From Christensenellaceae bacterium (lineage in GTDB: Bacteria; Bacillota; Clostridia; Christensenellales; Borkfalkiaceae), in the NCBI GenBank assembly GCA_045644505.1, contig JAZRGZ010000082.1, positions 1-57,750 on the forward strand: a stretch of DNA of 57,750 nt. Direction: 5' to 3'. A model generated the notes under the pieces. That model did no database searches, had not been told where the DNA came from, and saw only the letters and a list, made by a program, of their open reading frames with translations. The number at the start of each line of letters is the position of its first letter. The stretch's first letter is position 1. Of the stretch, positions 40,126 through 49,900 are shown piece after piece. A program made the translations under genes and the position numbers.

Positions 40126-40154
40126 ATTATATAACAACAAAAAGTAATTGTCAA
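40126..40154 (-). promoter_or_regulatory. consensus sigma-A promoter of the dxs operon
   Basis: Minus strand: TTGACA (40154-40149), exactly 17 nt, TATAAT (40131-40126). Confidence 0.6.
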
Positions 40155-40190
40155 TGCCTATTTTTTTTGGTTTTTAGGGGCATATAACAC

Positions 40191-40220
40191 AAAAAGCTTT
40201 GATTTTAAACAAAGCTTTTT
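40191..40220 (-). terminator. terminator after queH
   Basis: AAAAAGCTTTG...CAAAGCTTTTT hairpin, 17 nt after the queH stop. Confidence 0.7.
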
Positions 40221-40236
40221 CTTAAAATTTATGATT

Positions 40237-40833
40237 TTATCTTTTGGAAAACTCACAACCGCAGTAGTTTTGTCGATATAGTTTTAGGTTCTTTGACAAC
40301 TCAATCGACCTTAAATAACCACCGCGTTTTTTAAAATCGGAAACTAAATATTTTACACCCGTTTGCTCTTGTATTAACAAACCAATACGGTTAATTTTTT
40401 CTGCATTTTTTAAAGGACTTAGAGTAAGCGTCGTGGCAAAGTATTCAAAGTTGAATTTGCTTGCGTAATCAGCAGTTTTTTTCAGACGTAAATAGAAACA
40501 ATCTTCGCATCTTATTCCGCCTTCTTTATGGTCTTCATTTCCACGTGTAACGTCTAAAAATTCTTGATGATTATATTGAATTTCTCTAAAATCTACCCCA
40601 AAATCACTACATATGCGCATTTGTTCGTCACGTCTAAGTTTAAACTCCTCCGCACTATCCATATTAGGATTATAGAACAACACTGTAACCGAAAAAACGT
40701 CTTTTAACCTATCAATGCAACCGGTAAAACAAGGCGCACAACACGAGTGTAATAGCAAAGACGGTTTTTTATTAGAATTTATAATTTTTTGTACTTCCGA
40801 CTGAAAAACTAAGTCGGCATTTAACTTGTTCAT
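40237..40833 (-). CDS. queH: epoxyqueuosine reductase QueH (DUF208)
   Basis: LLLHSCCAPC, CEDCFYLRL and YCGCEFS cysteine motifs; 198 aa. Confidence 0.85.
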   Translation of the reverse strand: MNKLNADLVFQSEVQKIINSNKKPSLLLHSCCAPCFTGCIDRLKDVFSVTVLFYNPNMDSAEEFKLRRDEQMRICSDFGVDFREIQYNHQEFLDVTRGNEDHKEGGIRCEDCFYLRLKKTADYASKFNFEYFATTLTLSPLKNAEKINRIGLLIQEQTGVKYLVSDFKKRGGYLRSIELSKNLKLYRQNYCGCEFSKR

Positions 40834-41531
40834 TATATCTCCGTTTTTGCAATTTTTCCTTTTTCGTTAACTAAAATGTAGGCTTTTCCACCTGATGAAA
40901 CACTTTGCTTTAACTCGCCGTCAACGAAAACTAACGCGCAATCGTCCTGTACGGCATAAGCTTTTTCTATGCCTTTTTCAATCATCGTAGAGGTAAAATC
41001 CTGCTCCCTTTGATTAAAATGCGGACACATTGTACCGTTAAGAATTCCCAAGCCTTTTTTCATAGAATATTCTGCGCTTTGACCGCGCATAATCTCATAA
41101 TCGGTATACATATCAGTAAACCAACAAATTGCCCCCGCCGATAAACCGCAAATAATTTTACCTTGATTGTAAGCGTCTATTATAAGTTTATCAAGACCGC
41201 ATTCAGACCACTTTTCAAGCATAAATACGGTATCTCCACCACCTATATATATACAGTCAGCCATTTGAATTTTATCAGCAATTCGCTTAACGTCCATTTC
41301 GCCGTAAACGATAAGCCCTACTTCGGCTTTTATATCGAAAACCGAGGTATACGTCTTTCTGAAACTGTTAAAATACGGCATACTGTCGTGCGACGCCGTA
41401 CCTATAAACAAGGCGTTAGCTCTTCTTTCGCCCGCGTGCTCTTTTGCAAGGTTTGCGACGAATCTATCGATTTCTATCGTTGTTTTGTTTTTAATTTCAC
41501 CACCACCTATGGCGATTATAGTTTTTTGCAT
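40833..41531 (-). CDS. S51 family peptidase (dipeptidase E / cyanophycinase-like)
   Basis: IAIGGGE start, nucleophile elbow GLSAGA, His in CPHFN. Stop overlaps the queH start (TAATG). Confidence 0.75.
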   Translation of the reverse strand: MQKTIIAIGGGEIKNKTTIEIDRFVANLAKEHAGERRANALFIGTASHDSMPYFNSFRKTYTSVFDIKAEVGLIVYGEMDVKRIADKIQMADCIYIGGGDTVFMLEKWSECGLDKLIIDAYNQGKIICGLSAGAICWFTDMYTDYEIMRGQSAEYSMKKGLGILNGTMCPHFNQREQDFTSTMIEKGIEKAYAVQDDCALVFVDGELKQSVSSGGKAYILVNEKGKIAKTEI

Positions 41532-41539
41532 ATGTTTAA

Positions 41540-42229
41540 TTATTCCTTGCCGATTATTTTTTTTGCGTTATTATAAAATAGGTCGTCAGCATACGCTTTG
41601 CCGTACTTTTTCCATATCAAGTTTCTTGCCTCTACCATACGGTTTAATCTGTCTTTATGCAAATCACTTGCTACAAAATCCACAAGCCCTAACTTCAAAA
41701 GTTTTCTAGTAAACTTTTTGCACGATTTATTTTCGCCCGTTACAGAATCAGCGTTAACCTGTATAAATCCTCCGTACGCCTTTATATCGTTTGCCATTTC
41801 TAGGTTTGCGTAAGTATATCTTTCAAAATGGCATACGATGGGTATAAAGCCTAACCTAGAAGATTCGTACACGGCTTCCACGATATCGGTATGCGCGAAG
41901 AAATCAAACTCTATGAGTATATATTTAGTGTTATTTAAGGTGATAATTTGTTGAGTTTCATGAATTAGAGGATTATCAGGTGAAAGGAATATCTCTTGTC
42001 CAAGATATAAATTAACGTTAATGTCGTTATTTTTTACCATTTCACAAAAATCGCTAAAAGCCTTTTTTATGCTTAGCTCGTCAAGATTAAAGCAACCCCT
42101 TAAATGCGGAGTTAAAAAAACGTCGGTAACTCCCGACGCAACTTGTTCTTTAAGCATTTGTAGGGAGTCGTTTATATCAGAACTTCCGTCGTCAACTAAC
42201 GGAAGAATATGCGTGTGTATATCTATCAT
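41540..42229 (-). CDS. PHP-family protein-tyrosine phosphatase (CpsB/YwqE type)
   Basis: MIDIHTHILPLVDDGS N-terminus, TPH, HFERY and ASDLH metal-binding motifs. Confidence 0.85.
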   Translation of the reverse strand: MIDIHTHILPLVDDGSSDINDSLQMLKEQVASGVTDVFLTPHLRGCFNLDELSIKKAFSDFCEMVKNNDINVNLYLGQEIFLSPDNPLIHETQQIITLNNTKYILIEFDFFAHTDIVEAVYESSRLGFIPIVCHFERYTYANLEMANDIKAYGGFIQVNADSVTGENKSCKKFTRKLLKLGLVDFVASDLHKDRLNRMVEARNLIWKKYGKAYADDLFYNNAKKIIGKE

Positions 42230-42306
42230 TCTAAACCCCCTTTTTATTTATTTTAACATAAAAAATATATTTACGGCAACTATACCGTAAATATACCTCA
42301 AATTTT

Positions 42307-42825
42307 TTATAAAATTTTTGCGTAGTCTTTGCTTATTATCTCTTTTAAAGCCCTAACGTGCAACTGTTCATCTAAAATTATTCTTGAAATTATCGCTTGA
42401 ACACTCTCGTCGTCTAACTTTTTTATAATTTCTTCATACTGCGTTATTGCCGAAAGTTCGTCAGAAATATCGTCCAAAAGCATTTTTTCAGGTGTGTTGC
42501 TGTACGATACGCAGGAAGTGTTATAAAAATTGTACTTATACGGTGGTGATAGAGAATACACGGGTTTTACACCCAACTGCAATAAAGTTTTCCCTAAAAG
42601 TTCCACGTGTTCCATCTCTGCTAGTGAAATACTTAGTAAAATATCTGCTGTTTTTAGGTCATTTTCTTGTAAAAAATTGAACCTGTGATATAAATACTGC
42701 AAGGTTGCAGTAATTTCGCCGTGCAATCCCGCATATGCAGGAGCAATTATACTTGCCGTATAATTATTAGGTTTTACTTTTTCTACGTCGGGATACGGCA
42801 AATCAATTTTTAGGGGTTTTAACAT
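42307..42825 (-). CDS. ferritin-like di-metal protein, Mn-catalase/CotJC family
   Basis: LPYPDV..., GExxAxLQYLxxR, EMEHVE, and C-terminal DEQLH pairs resemble CotJC. RBS AAGGAG. Confidence 0.55.
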   Translation of the reverse strand: MLKPLKIDLPYPDVEKVKPNNYTASIIAPAYAGLHGEITATLQYLYHRFNFLQENDLKTADILLSISLAEMEHVELLGKTLLQLGVKPVYSLSPPYKYNFYNTSCVSYSNTPEKMLLDDISDELSAITQYEEIIKKLDDESVQAIISRIILDEQLHVRALKEIISKDYAKIL

Positions 42826-42882
42826 TGACTTTCTCCTTAAACGTTTTATTTATAGTATGAGAAAGCCTAAAATTTAGTTAAT

Positions 42883-43536
42883 TTACACGCCGTATTTTGA
42901 CATTATTTTAAGCAAATCAGACAGTCCGTCGTTTATGCGCCGTTTAGTATCAAAATCGTTTTTACCGTTTTGTGCGTCTAATAAATTCGCCCTTAGACTG
43001 GTTACTTGCTTTTTATCGCTAACTGATAACGGGAAATAGTCCAACCGCTCTAAAATTCCACCAACGTGCGAAAAATCTATGTCGGGTTTTTCGGTTGTTT
43101 TTTCGTGAAGTGGCGTTGGGTTAACTATTATTTTATCTAAGATAGGTTTTAACGCAGGTTTTTCAGGTTCTTTTTTTATTTCTTTATCAATAAACTCTAC
43201 AAACTCTTTTTGAGCGTTGGTTACCCTCATCTTTTTCTCGGGCAAACTGAAAAGCACTGCAATTGAAACCAAATCAAAACAAAACATAAACGCGTATCCC
43301 AACAGTGAATAGATGTTAAATGCTGATAAACAAATTCCTACCGTAAGGCTTGTGAGGTGCGAAACGATAAGCCACCCTCTACACTTTTTACTAAACGACG
43401 CAACCTTTATCGACAATACCAAAAAAACAATAAATGTCAAAACTGAAAAAGCAAAAATCGTTAAGAATAAAAAGTTAAGGTTAGTTTCTAAACTGAAAAA
43501 ATTTAAGACGGACTTCAAAGCGTTAATCATACGCAT
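42883..43536 (-). CDS. membrane protein with a charged C-terminal cytoplasmic domain, function unknown
   Basis: ORF with 3 hydrophobic segments and a K/E-rich tail. No family recognised; weak RBS. Confidence 0.45.
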   Translation of the reverse strand: MRMINALKSVLNFFSLETNLNFLFLTIFAFSVLTFIVFLVLSIKVASFSKKCRGWLIVSHLTSLTVGICLSAFNIYSLLGYAFMFCFDLVSIAVLFSLPEKKMRVTNAQKEFVEFIDKEIKKEPEKPALKPILDKIIVNPTPLHEKTTEKPDIDFSHVGGILERLDYFPLSVSDKKQVTSLRANLLDAQNGKNDFDTKRRINDGLSDLLKIMSKYGV

Positions 43537-43593
43537 ATTGTAATCGGTCTTAATTGTCGAATATTAACTTTAATTTTGGTTTTATAGTTTATT

Positions 43594-46500
43594 TTAATTT
43601 ATTTCTATTAAGTCGCCGTTAAAAATATTTACTATAATTTTTTTTGTGACTTCTAAACCCAAAACGTTTTCGACAGCGTAGGAATAAAGTTCTAACTGTT
43701 TAGAATATCTTTGCTTTAACACCTTTTCCCCGTGTACCGAATACTTGTAGTCAAGTATTTGCGCTTTTCCGTCCTTTACTGCGAGCAAGTCGATAACCCC
43801 TTGAATTAAAACGCTTTGTTCAGAGTTTGTATCGGTAACAAAACTCGCAGGCACGTTAACCATAAAACTCTTTTCCCTAAATAGTCTGAAATTTTTTAAT
43901 TCTTTTAACTTCTCGTTATTTAAGGCTTTTATTATACCATCTAAGCTCAAAGTTTTTATTTGTGTTTCATCAAGTATACCTTTAAGAATTAAAGCTTCTA
44001 CTTGCTGAATTAAAGATAAAGACGAATTAAAATCGTAAAGTTCGAGTATCTTATGCGCAAGCGTACCTTTTGTTTCGTCTGTCTGACCGTGTAAAGTAAC
44101 TTCTCCCATAGACTTTTTGTAATTTTCCGATTTTACCACGTCGGTTACGTTAGTTTTGAGCGGTAAAACAGTGTCCGATACGTATGGATAAGTAAAATTA
44201 AAACTTTCAGCCATTTTTTGGCTAAGAGATAAATCAGGCTTAACTATTAATACCTGTTTTTGGTCTTTCGTTAAATCGGTAAATTCAAATTCTTCTGGGT
44301 GATGAACAACAACTTGTAGGTTTGGCGGAAGATAGTCTAACATTCTATCTGCGCCCGAAAATTCCTCAGCGCGGGAATATTCACCCTCAAAGGTAAGGTG
44401 AAGTGAATACGACGCTCGCGTTGTCGCAACGTAGAAAAGTCGCATTTCTTCTTTTACCCTTTCAGTTTTCATTTTTTGTCTTACGTAAGCCCTCAGTAAA
44501 GTTTCCGAGTAGGTTTTTTCAGTTTGGTTATAGTATTTGAGCGCAAATCCGCAATCTCTGTCAAGTAAAACTTCTTCTCTCTCTTCGCCAGCGTTCATCT
44601 TACGTTCTAACCCACACACTATTACCACTGGGAACTCTAACCCCTTAGACGCGTGAATAGTCATAACCCTTACCGCATTGTCGTCTGAATTAAATGAAGT
44701 TCTAAATGCGTCCTTGGCGTTGTCGATATTATCTAAAACTTCTGAAACAGTCTTTAACGCACCGTTAGTTTCGGTAAGTTCGATAAACTTCCTTATACGC
44801 TTTAACTTTAACTCACCTTGTTTTTCTGCAAGAATAACGGTTAAATACATACTGTCGTCTAATATTTTTTGCAAAACGCCTTTTGCACCGATAAAATCGG
44901 ATAAATATCTTAAATGTTTCACGTAATCGTCAAATGCTTTTACCTTTTCGTACAGTTCGCCCTGAGCGTTGTTAAGATAATAGTCGTAAGCGTCGTAAAA
45001 CCCGTTTTTGCCTTTATTATCCACGTAAAAAATAACAATTTTTGCAAGTTCTTCTTCGGTAAAATTTCCGATAGGGCTTTTCATTACCGTTGCAAGCGGA
45101 AAGTCTATTTTAAAGCAATCTATAAGTCTTAGCGCATTTATTAAAACTTGTACTTCGGGGTACTGGCAAACGTCCTGACTTACTTCGCTGACCACGTTAA
45201 CGCCGTGCCTTTTTAAACCGTCAACCAGCTTTTCAACGTACTCGTTGGAACGGTTTCTAGTTAGTATTACTATATCGTTAAAAGTAATAATCTTTTTTGT
45301 TTTTTTCTTGGGGTCGTAGTAAGTTTTACCTAGTTCATCTCTAATGATTTCAGTTATCAACGAAGAAATGGTCGTCGCTTTTTTACTACTGCTGTTTTTT
45401 ATTTCTTCTAGTATATCGTATACGCGTGGCGTTTCTTTTACGACTGGCTTTTTATCGGGCTTAACTAATAAATGAACAGTCGCCCTACCTTGGTTTTCTT
45501 CGCCGTAAATACCGCCTGGTTTTAAGGTGGAGTTAAGAGAATAATCTTCGCCAAAATTGTCTTTTTTCATACAATAGGTGAAAATTTCGTTTACCTTATT
45601 TATGACGTTGTCAGCCGAACGAAAATTACAGTTGAGCATAGCCGTCTTTTTGCCCGTCGCTTGCATATCCTTCATCTTATTAGCAAAAATATCAGGATTG
45701 CAACCACGGAAACCGTAAATGCTTTGTTTTACGTCGCCCACCATAAACAAATTATCGTGAGATACAGCGGTGATAATTTCTTCTTGAACACCGTTAGTAT
45801 CTTGATATTCGTCAACAAAAACGTATTTATACTTCTCCCTAACTTCCTTTCTAACCTTTTCGTCCGATAAAGTTTTGTACGCGTAATGTTCTAAATCGTT
45901 AAAATCTAAAAGGTTTTCTTCGGTTTTTAACTCCGCGTAAATTTCTCCGTATTCTTTAACCATACCGACTAGATAATCGGTAGTTAAACAAATTTCAGGC
46001 AACCTTTTAAGGTCTTGCTCTTTAACGCTTATACATTTACAAAAACTCTTGAATAGCTTCTTCAACGAGTCGCGTATAGCAGTTGCTTTTTCTTTTAATT
46101 CTAACGGTTCTTTGCTAAGTTTACTTTCAAAACTTAATCTTAAAGAATAATTTTCAAACTGCTTTAAACCGTAAAGGTCAGTTTTTAACGCTTTTTCAAT
46201 ATCTGATATTAGCGAAACACAAAATTCCGCGCTTTTCGTAAGTCCATAATTTTTAAAGCCTTGAAAAAGCGCATAGGATTTTTCTTTTAACTTAGACAGT
46301 TGCACGTCTAAACCATTTTTATAATTTTCACAAAGTTTTTCGTAGCCTTCTAGTGTATAAAATTGTTTATGTAATTGATAAACCTTTTCAGGAACTGCCT
46401 CAACTGACGCGTATTCATAAAGCGTTTGAATAGTATTTCTAAGTCCCGCGTCAGAACGTTTTTTAATAAATTTGTTTAAAAACTCGTTAAATTCAGGCGA

Positions 46501-46938
46501 ATTGCTTGTGTAACGAGAACGCATTAGTTTCGAAACGGCTTTGTCTTTTAATATTTTTGCTTGTGTAGCGTCTGCAATTTTAAAATCAGGCGAAACGTCT
46601 GCAACGTAAAAATAGGTACGGATTAGACGCGCGCAAAAAGAGTGTAGGGTAGAAATATCGGCATTTGAAACGTCGTTTAATTGTTCAGATAAATCTTCTC
46701 TACCATCGGCAATCCTGTCCATTAACGCAGATTTTAATCTTTCTTTCATTTCGGTTGCCGCAGCCTCTGTAAAAGTAACGGCTAGTATTTGGTCAACTCT
46801 TGCCTGCCCGTTTACAATAAGTCGAATAAGTCTTTCTATCATAACGAAAGTTTTTCCCGACCCAGCCGACGCCGAAACCAAAATATCGCCCGATTGATGG
46901 TTTATAATATCAAGTTGTTCTTGTCTTAATTCGGGCAT
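43594..46938 (-). CDS. addA: ATP-dependent helicase/nuclease subunit A (AddA/RexA)
   Basis: UvrD-type motifs (SAGSGKT, DEYQDTN, TIHASKGLEF) and a C-terminal RecB-type nuclease (GVIDLL...DYK). I prefer the ATG at 46938, 7 nt after AAGGAG; it overlaps addB by 13 nt. Confidence 0.9.
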   Translation of the reverse strand: MPELRQEQLDIINHQSGDILVSASAGSGKTFVMIERLIRLIVNGQARVDQILAVTFTEAAATEMKERLKSALMDRIADGREDLSEQLNDVSNADISTLHSFCARLIRTYFYVADVSPDFKIADATQAKILKDKAVSKLMRSRYTSNSPEFNEFLNKFIKKRSDAGLRNTIQTLYEYASVEAVPEKVYQLHKQFYTLEGYEKLCENYKNGLDVQLSKLKEKSYALFQGFKNYGLTKSAEFCVSLISDIEKALKTDLYGLKQFENYSLRLSFESKLSKEPLELKEKATAIRDSLKKLFKSFCKCISVKEQDLKRLPEICLTTDYLVGMVKEYGEIYAELKTEENLLDFNDLEHYAYKTLSDEKVRKEVREKYKYVFVDEYQDTNGVQEEIITAVSHDNLFMVGDVKQSIYGFRGCNPDIFANKMKDMQATGKKTAMLNCNFRSADNVINKVNEIFTYCMKKDNFGEDYSLNSTLKPGGIYGEENQGRATVHLLVKPDKKPVVKETPRVYDILEEIKNSSSKKATTISSLITEIIRDELGKTYYDPKKKTKKIITFNDIVILTRNRSNEYVEKLVDGLKRHGVNVVSEVSQDVCQYPEVQVLINALRLIDCFKIDFPLATVMKSPIGNFTEEELAKIVIFYVDNKGKNGFYDAYDYYLNNAQGELYEKVKAFDDYVKHLRYLSDFIGAKGVLQKILDDSMYLTVILAEKQGELKLKRIRKFIELTETNGALKTVSEVLDNIDNAKDAFRTSFNSDDNAVRVMTIHASKGLEFPVVIVCGLERKMNAGEEREEVLLDRDCGFALKYYNQTEKTYSETLLRAYVRQKMKTERVKEEMRLFYVATTRASYSLHLTFEGEYSRAEEFSGADRMLDYLPPNLQVVVHHPEEFEFTDLTKDQKQVLIVKPDLSLSQKMAESFNFTYPYVSDTVLPLKTNVTDVVKSENYKKSMGEVTLHGQTDETKGTLAHKILELYDFNSSLSLIQQVEALILKGILDETQIKTLSLDGIIKALNNEKLKELKNFRLFREKSFMVNVPASFVTDTNSEQSVLIQGVIDLLAVKDGKAQILDYKYSVHGEKVLKQRYSKQLELYSYAVENVLGLEVTKKIIVNIFNGDLIEIN

Positions 46939-49900
46939 TCTTCTTCTCCTTTTAAAAACGCGCAAACGGTTTGCTCGGTTACCGAGCCCACTTCTCTTTC
47001 TTCAATATTAACTTGATTACACATCGCCTTAAACGTGCAATAAGTACATACGTTTTTATATGGCGAAACAACGACAACTCCGTCGTTAATTTGGTTTACC
47101 GCCTTTTCGGAAATTTTCTTAGCATAATCCATAAACGCTTGCAAAGTTTCGCTGTCAGTCGCCTTTTTGACTTCACCGTTTAGAATTTTTACACCGGTAA
47201 ACTCGCCGACAGTATCGGTTAGCACAGTGTTATCTTGGGCAGTTATAACTTGTATATCGTCTAACGTTTTACCAACCGCCAAAGAACCTTTTTCCCCGTC
47301 GTCGCTAGAAAAATCGTCTGATATAGGCAAATAGTATACGCCCGCAGGTTTTTTATCGGTGATGGCGGACGCGTATAGATATAATTGTAGCTTGTTGCCT
47401 GTGAAAAGCGCTTTGTCGGTTGCGTCTACACTTCCCGTCTTGTAGTCTATGATTCTAAAATAGTCGCCGTAGGTGTCAATTCTGTCTATTCTGCCCGATA
47501 TTTTTGCCTTGCCGTCGCCTAAAATTACTGCCGAATACGACGCGTCTTTAACGTCGCCGAAACCCACTTCGGTTTTTACGTCCTTAAAGTCGGTACGGTT
47601 AAAATAATCAAGGGTTTTACGACAATATTTTTTACACTCTGCTATGGTGCGGACGATGGAATTTTCCGTTTCGGGGTCGTCGAACAACCACGAAAATTCT
47701 TGATTTGACAAGACTTCTTTGATAATACCGTCAAAAGTATTGTCGAAATTTTGGTCTGTTACATTTTTTATGTCGGCAAGGAAACGTCTTAACGTTTCGT
47801 GCATAACGTTACCAACTGAAATCCCGTCGGGTTTTCCCTGTTTTCTTTCCTTTATTTTAAGTCCATGTATTAAAAAAGAACGGTATGGGCATTTGTAATA
47901 GTCTTCGATTGCCGTAGGAGAAGAAATTTTTCCTGCAACTGCTTTTAGTCCGTCGTTTAACCGCAGTTTAATTTGTTTATTTGCGCTTTGTAGAATTCTA
48001 TCCACGTTACGTTTGTCACTAACGTGGTAAAAGCTTGCAGGCAAAGTAAAATCGTCTTCTATTCCCTGACAGAAGTCGCTACACCCTTTGGCAAAAGAAT
48101 AAAGAGCTTGTTTTTCGGATAGGTATCCGTTATCTTCATCAAAAGGCTTTAAAGTAAAAGCACTAGACAAATAAGATATTACTTGGCTTTTTACGGTTTG
48201 CTTTCCGTTACCGTCGGTAATAGGATAAGACAAATATAAGCTTTCACTAAACGACGAAAGTCCGAGCGTTACGTTTTGACGCTCGCGATGATTAACAACT
48301 CTAATTTTCGGTTCAACTAAAATTTTTAATTTTTCCAAAGCATTTATATCACTGTCCGTTAAGATTGCAACGTCCTCTTTTGCCAGAGGAACGTCGCTCG
48401 TTAACCCCATACAGAAAATATGTTTTGATTGGCTTAAAGACACTTCCTTAAACGCACCGATAAACACCGCGTCGTTATACTGCGGAATAACCGACAATTC
48501 CAGCGCAGAAACACCACTTAAAAAGATTGCTTTATACTCATTGTAATCTACCGTCGTTTGACCTAGAATTGACTGCATTTCGTTTAGGATTTTATCTACT
48601 GCGTCGAATATTTGGTCATTAATGTCGCTTTCCACTGAGAATTCAAGCGTTTTGAGTTTTTCAGTATGTGCTAAAAGACGTTGTTTTACGTTGAGAGTAG
48701 TCAATAAACGGTTAACGTCAAAACTTTCTAAAAGCGAACAAACGTAAGCTCTGAAATTTTCAAGCTTTTGTTTATCTACCGTCGGGTCGTCGAATTTCAA
48801 CGGTTTTTTAATGGTCGAATAGTTTACGTTATATTTAAGCAGATAATTTTCAAAGTCGTCTGTTAAATCTTTGTCACTACAAACTAGTGGGTTTTTATAA
48901 AAATCTTTTAGTGCTTTTCTCTCAAAATTATATTTAAATACGTCTATATAAGAAATTATTAGTGTTATGAGCGGATGATTAAAAGGAACCGTTACCGTAT
49001 CTAAAAAGTATGGTATGCCTAAAAGATTGAACGCTGAAAAAATAGCGTCTTTATATTCGGTAACGTCTGATACTGCCACGCAAAAATCTTTATATTTATA
49101 GTTACCGTCTTTTACTAACGAGTAAATCTTTTGGGCAACTGATTCAGCCTCCTTAAACTTGTCGCTAAAAGTAGAGAAATAAATCTTGTCCGTTATAACT
49201 TTTTGTATTTTTTGCGCGGTGGGATTAAACGTTCTTTGGGTTATAATTTTAGCCTCGTTTGAATACGCAGTAGGTATTACAGTAATTTCAGGTTTAATTT
49301 TGACGGTTGCGCATACGTCTATAAAAGCGTTAGCGGTTTCATTAACGTAAGCGAATTTGTTAGAACCCTCTACCAATATTGCAGTTACTGACTTTGCTTT
49401 TTTTAGCAAGTGTTTTATAGCTAATTTCATTTGGGCGGTAAAGCCGTTATAGCCTATAAGATATACGTCTGAATTTGGTATTTCGTCGTCGTTTTCTATA
49501 ATTTGAGGCAAATACGACAAACTGGAATTTTGGTCGTCGTAACCGTTAACTGTTAAAAATTTTTCGTAAGCCGAATAAATTTTTAAAGCGTCGCTTAACT
49601 TATCTTTTAATAATCCGCGTGCATTTAAAACAGCGGTTTTTAAGTCTATAAGCCCTACTTTTGCGCTTTTAAGTTGAGCGATTAGGTCGTATATAGAGGG
49701 CGCTAAACCAATCTTGTTTTGCGAAAAACGTTTAAGCGGTAAATCTTTTAACACCCGTTTTACCACCATGGCAGAGCCTTCTTTGGTCAAAACTTTTTCT
49801 AGCGGACGTTTTTTTCGCATATAATTACCGAACGAATAAACGTCGGTATTAAAACTGCCTTTAAATGCATTACAAATCATCCGCTCGGTCATAAGTGAAA

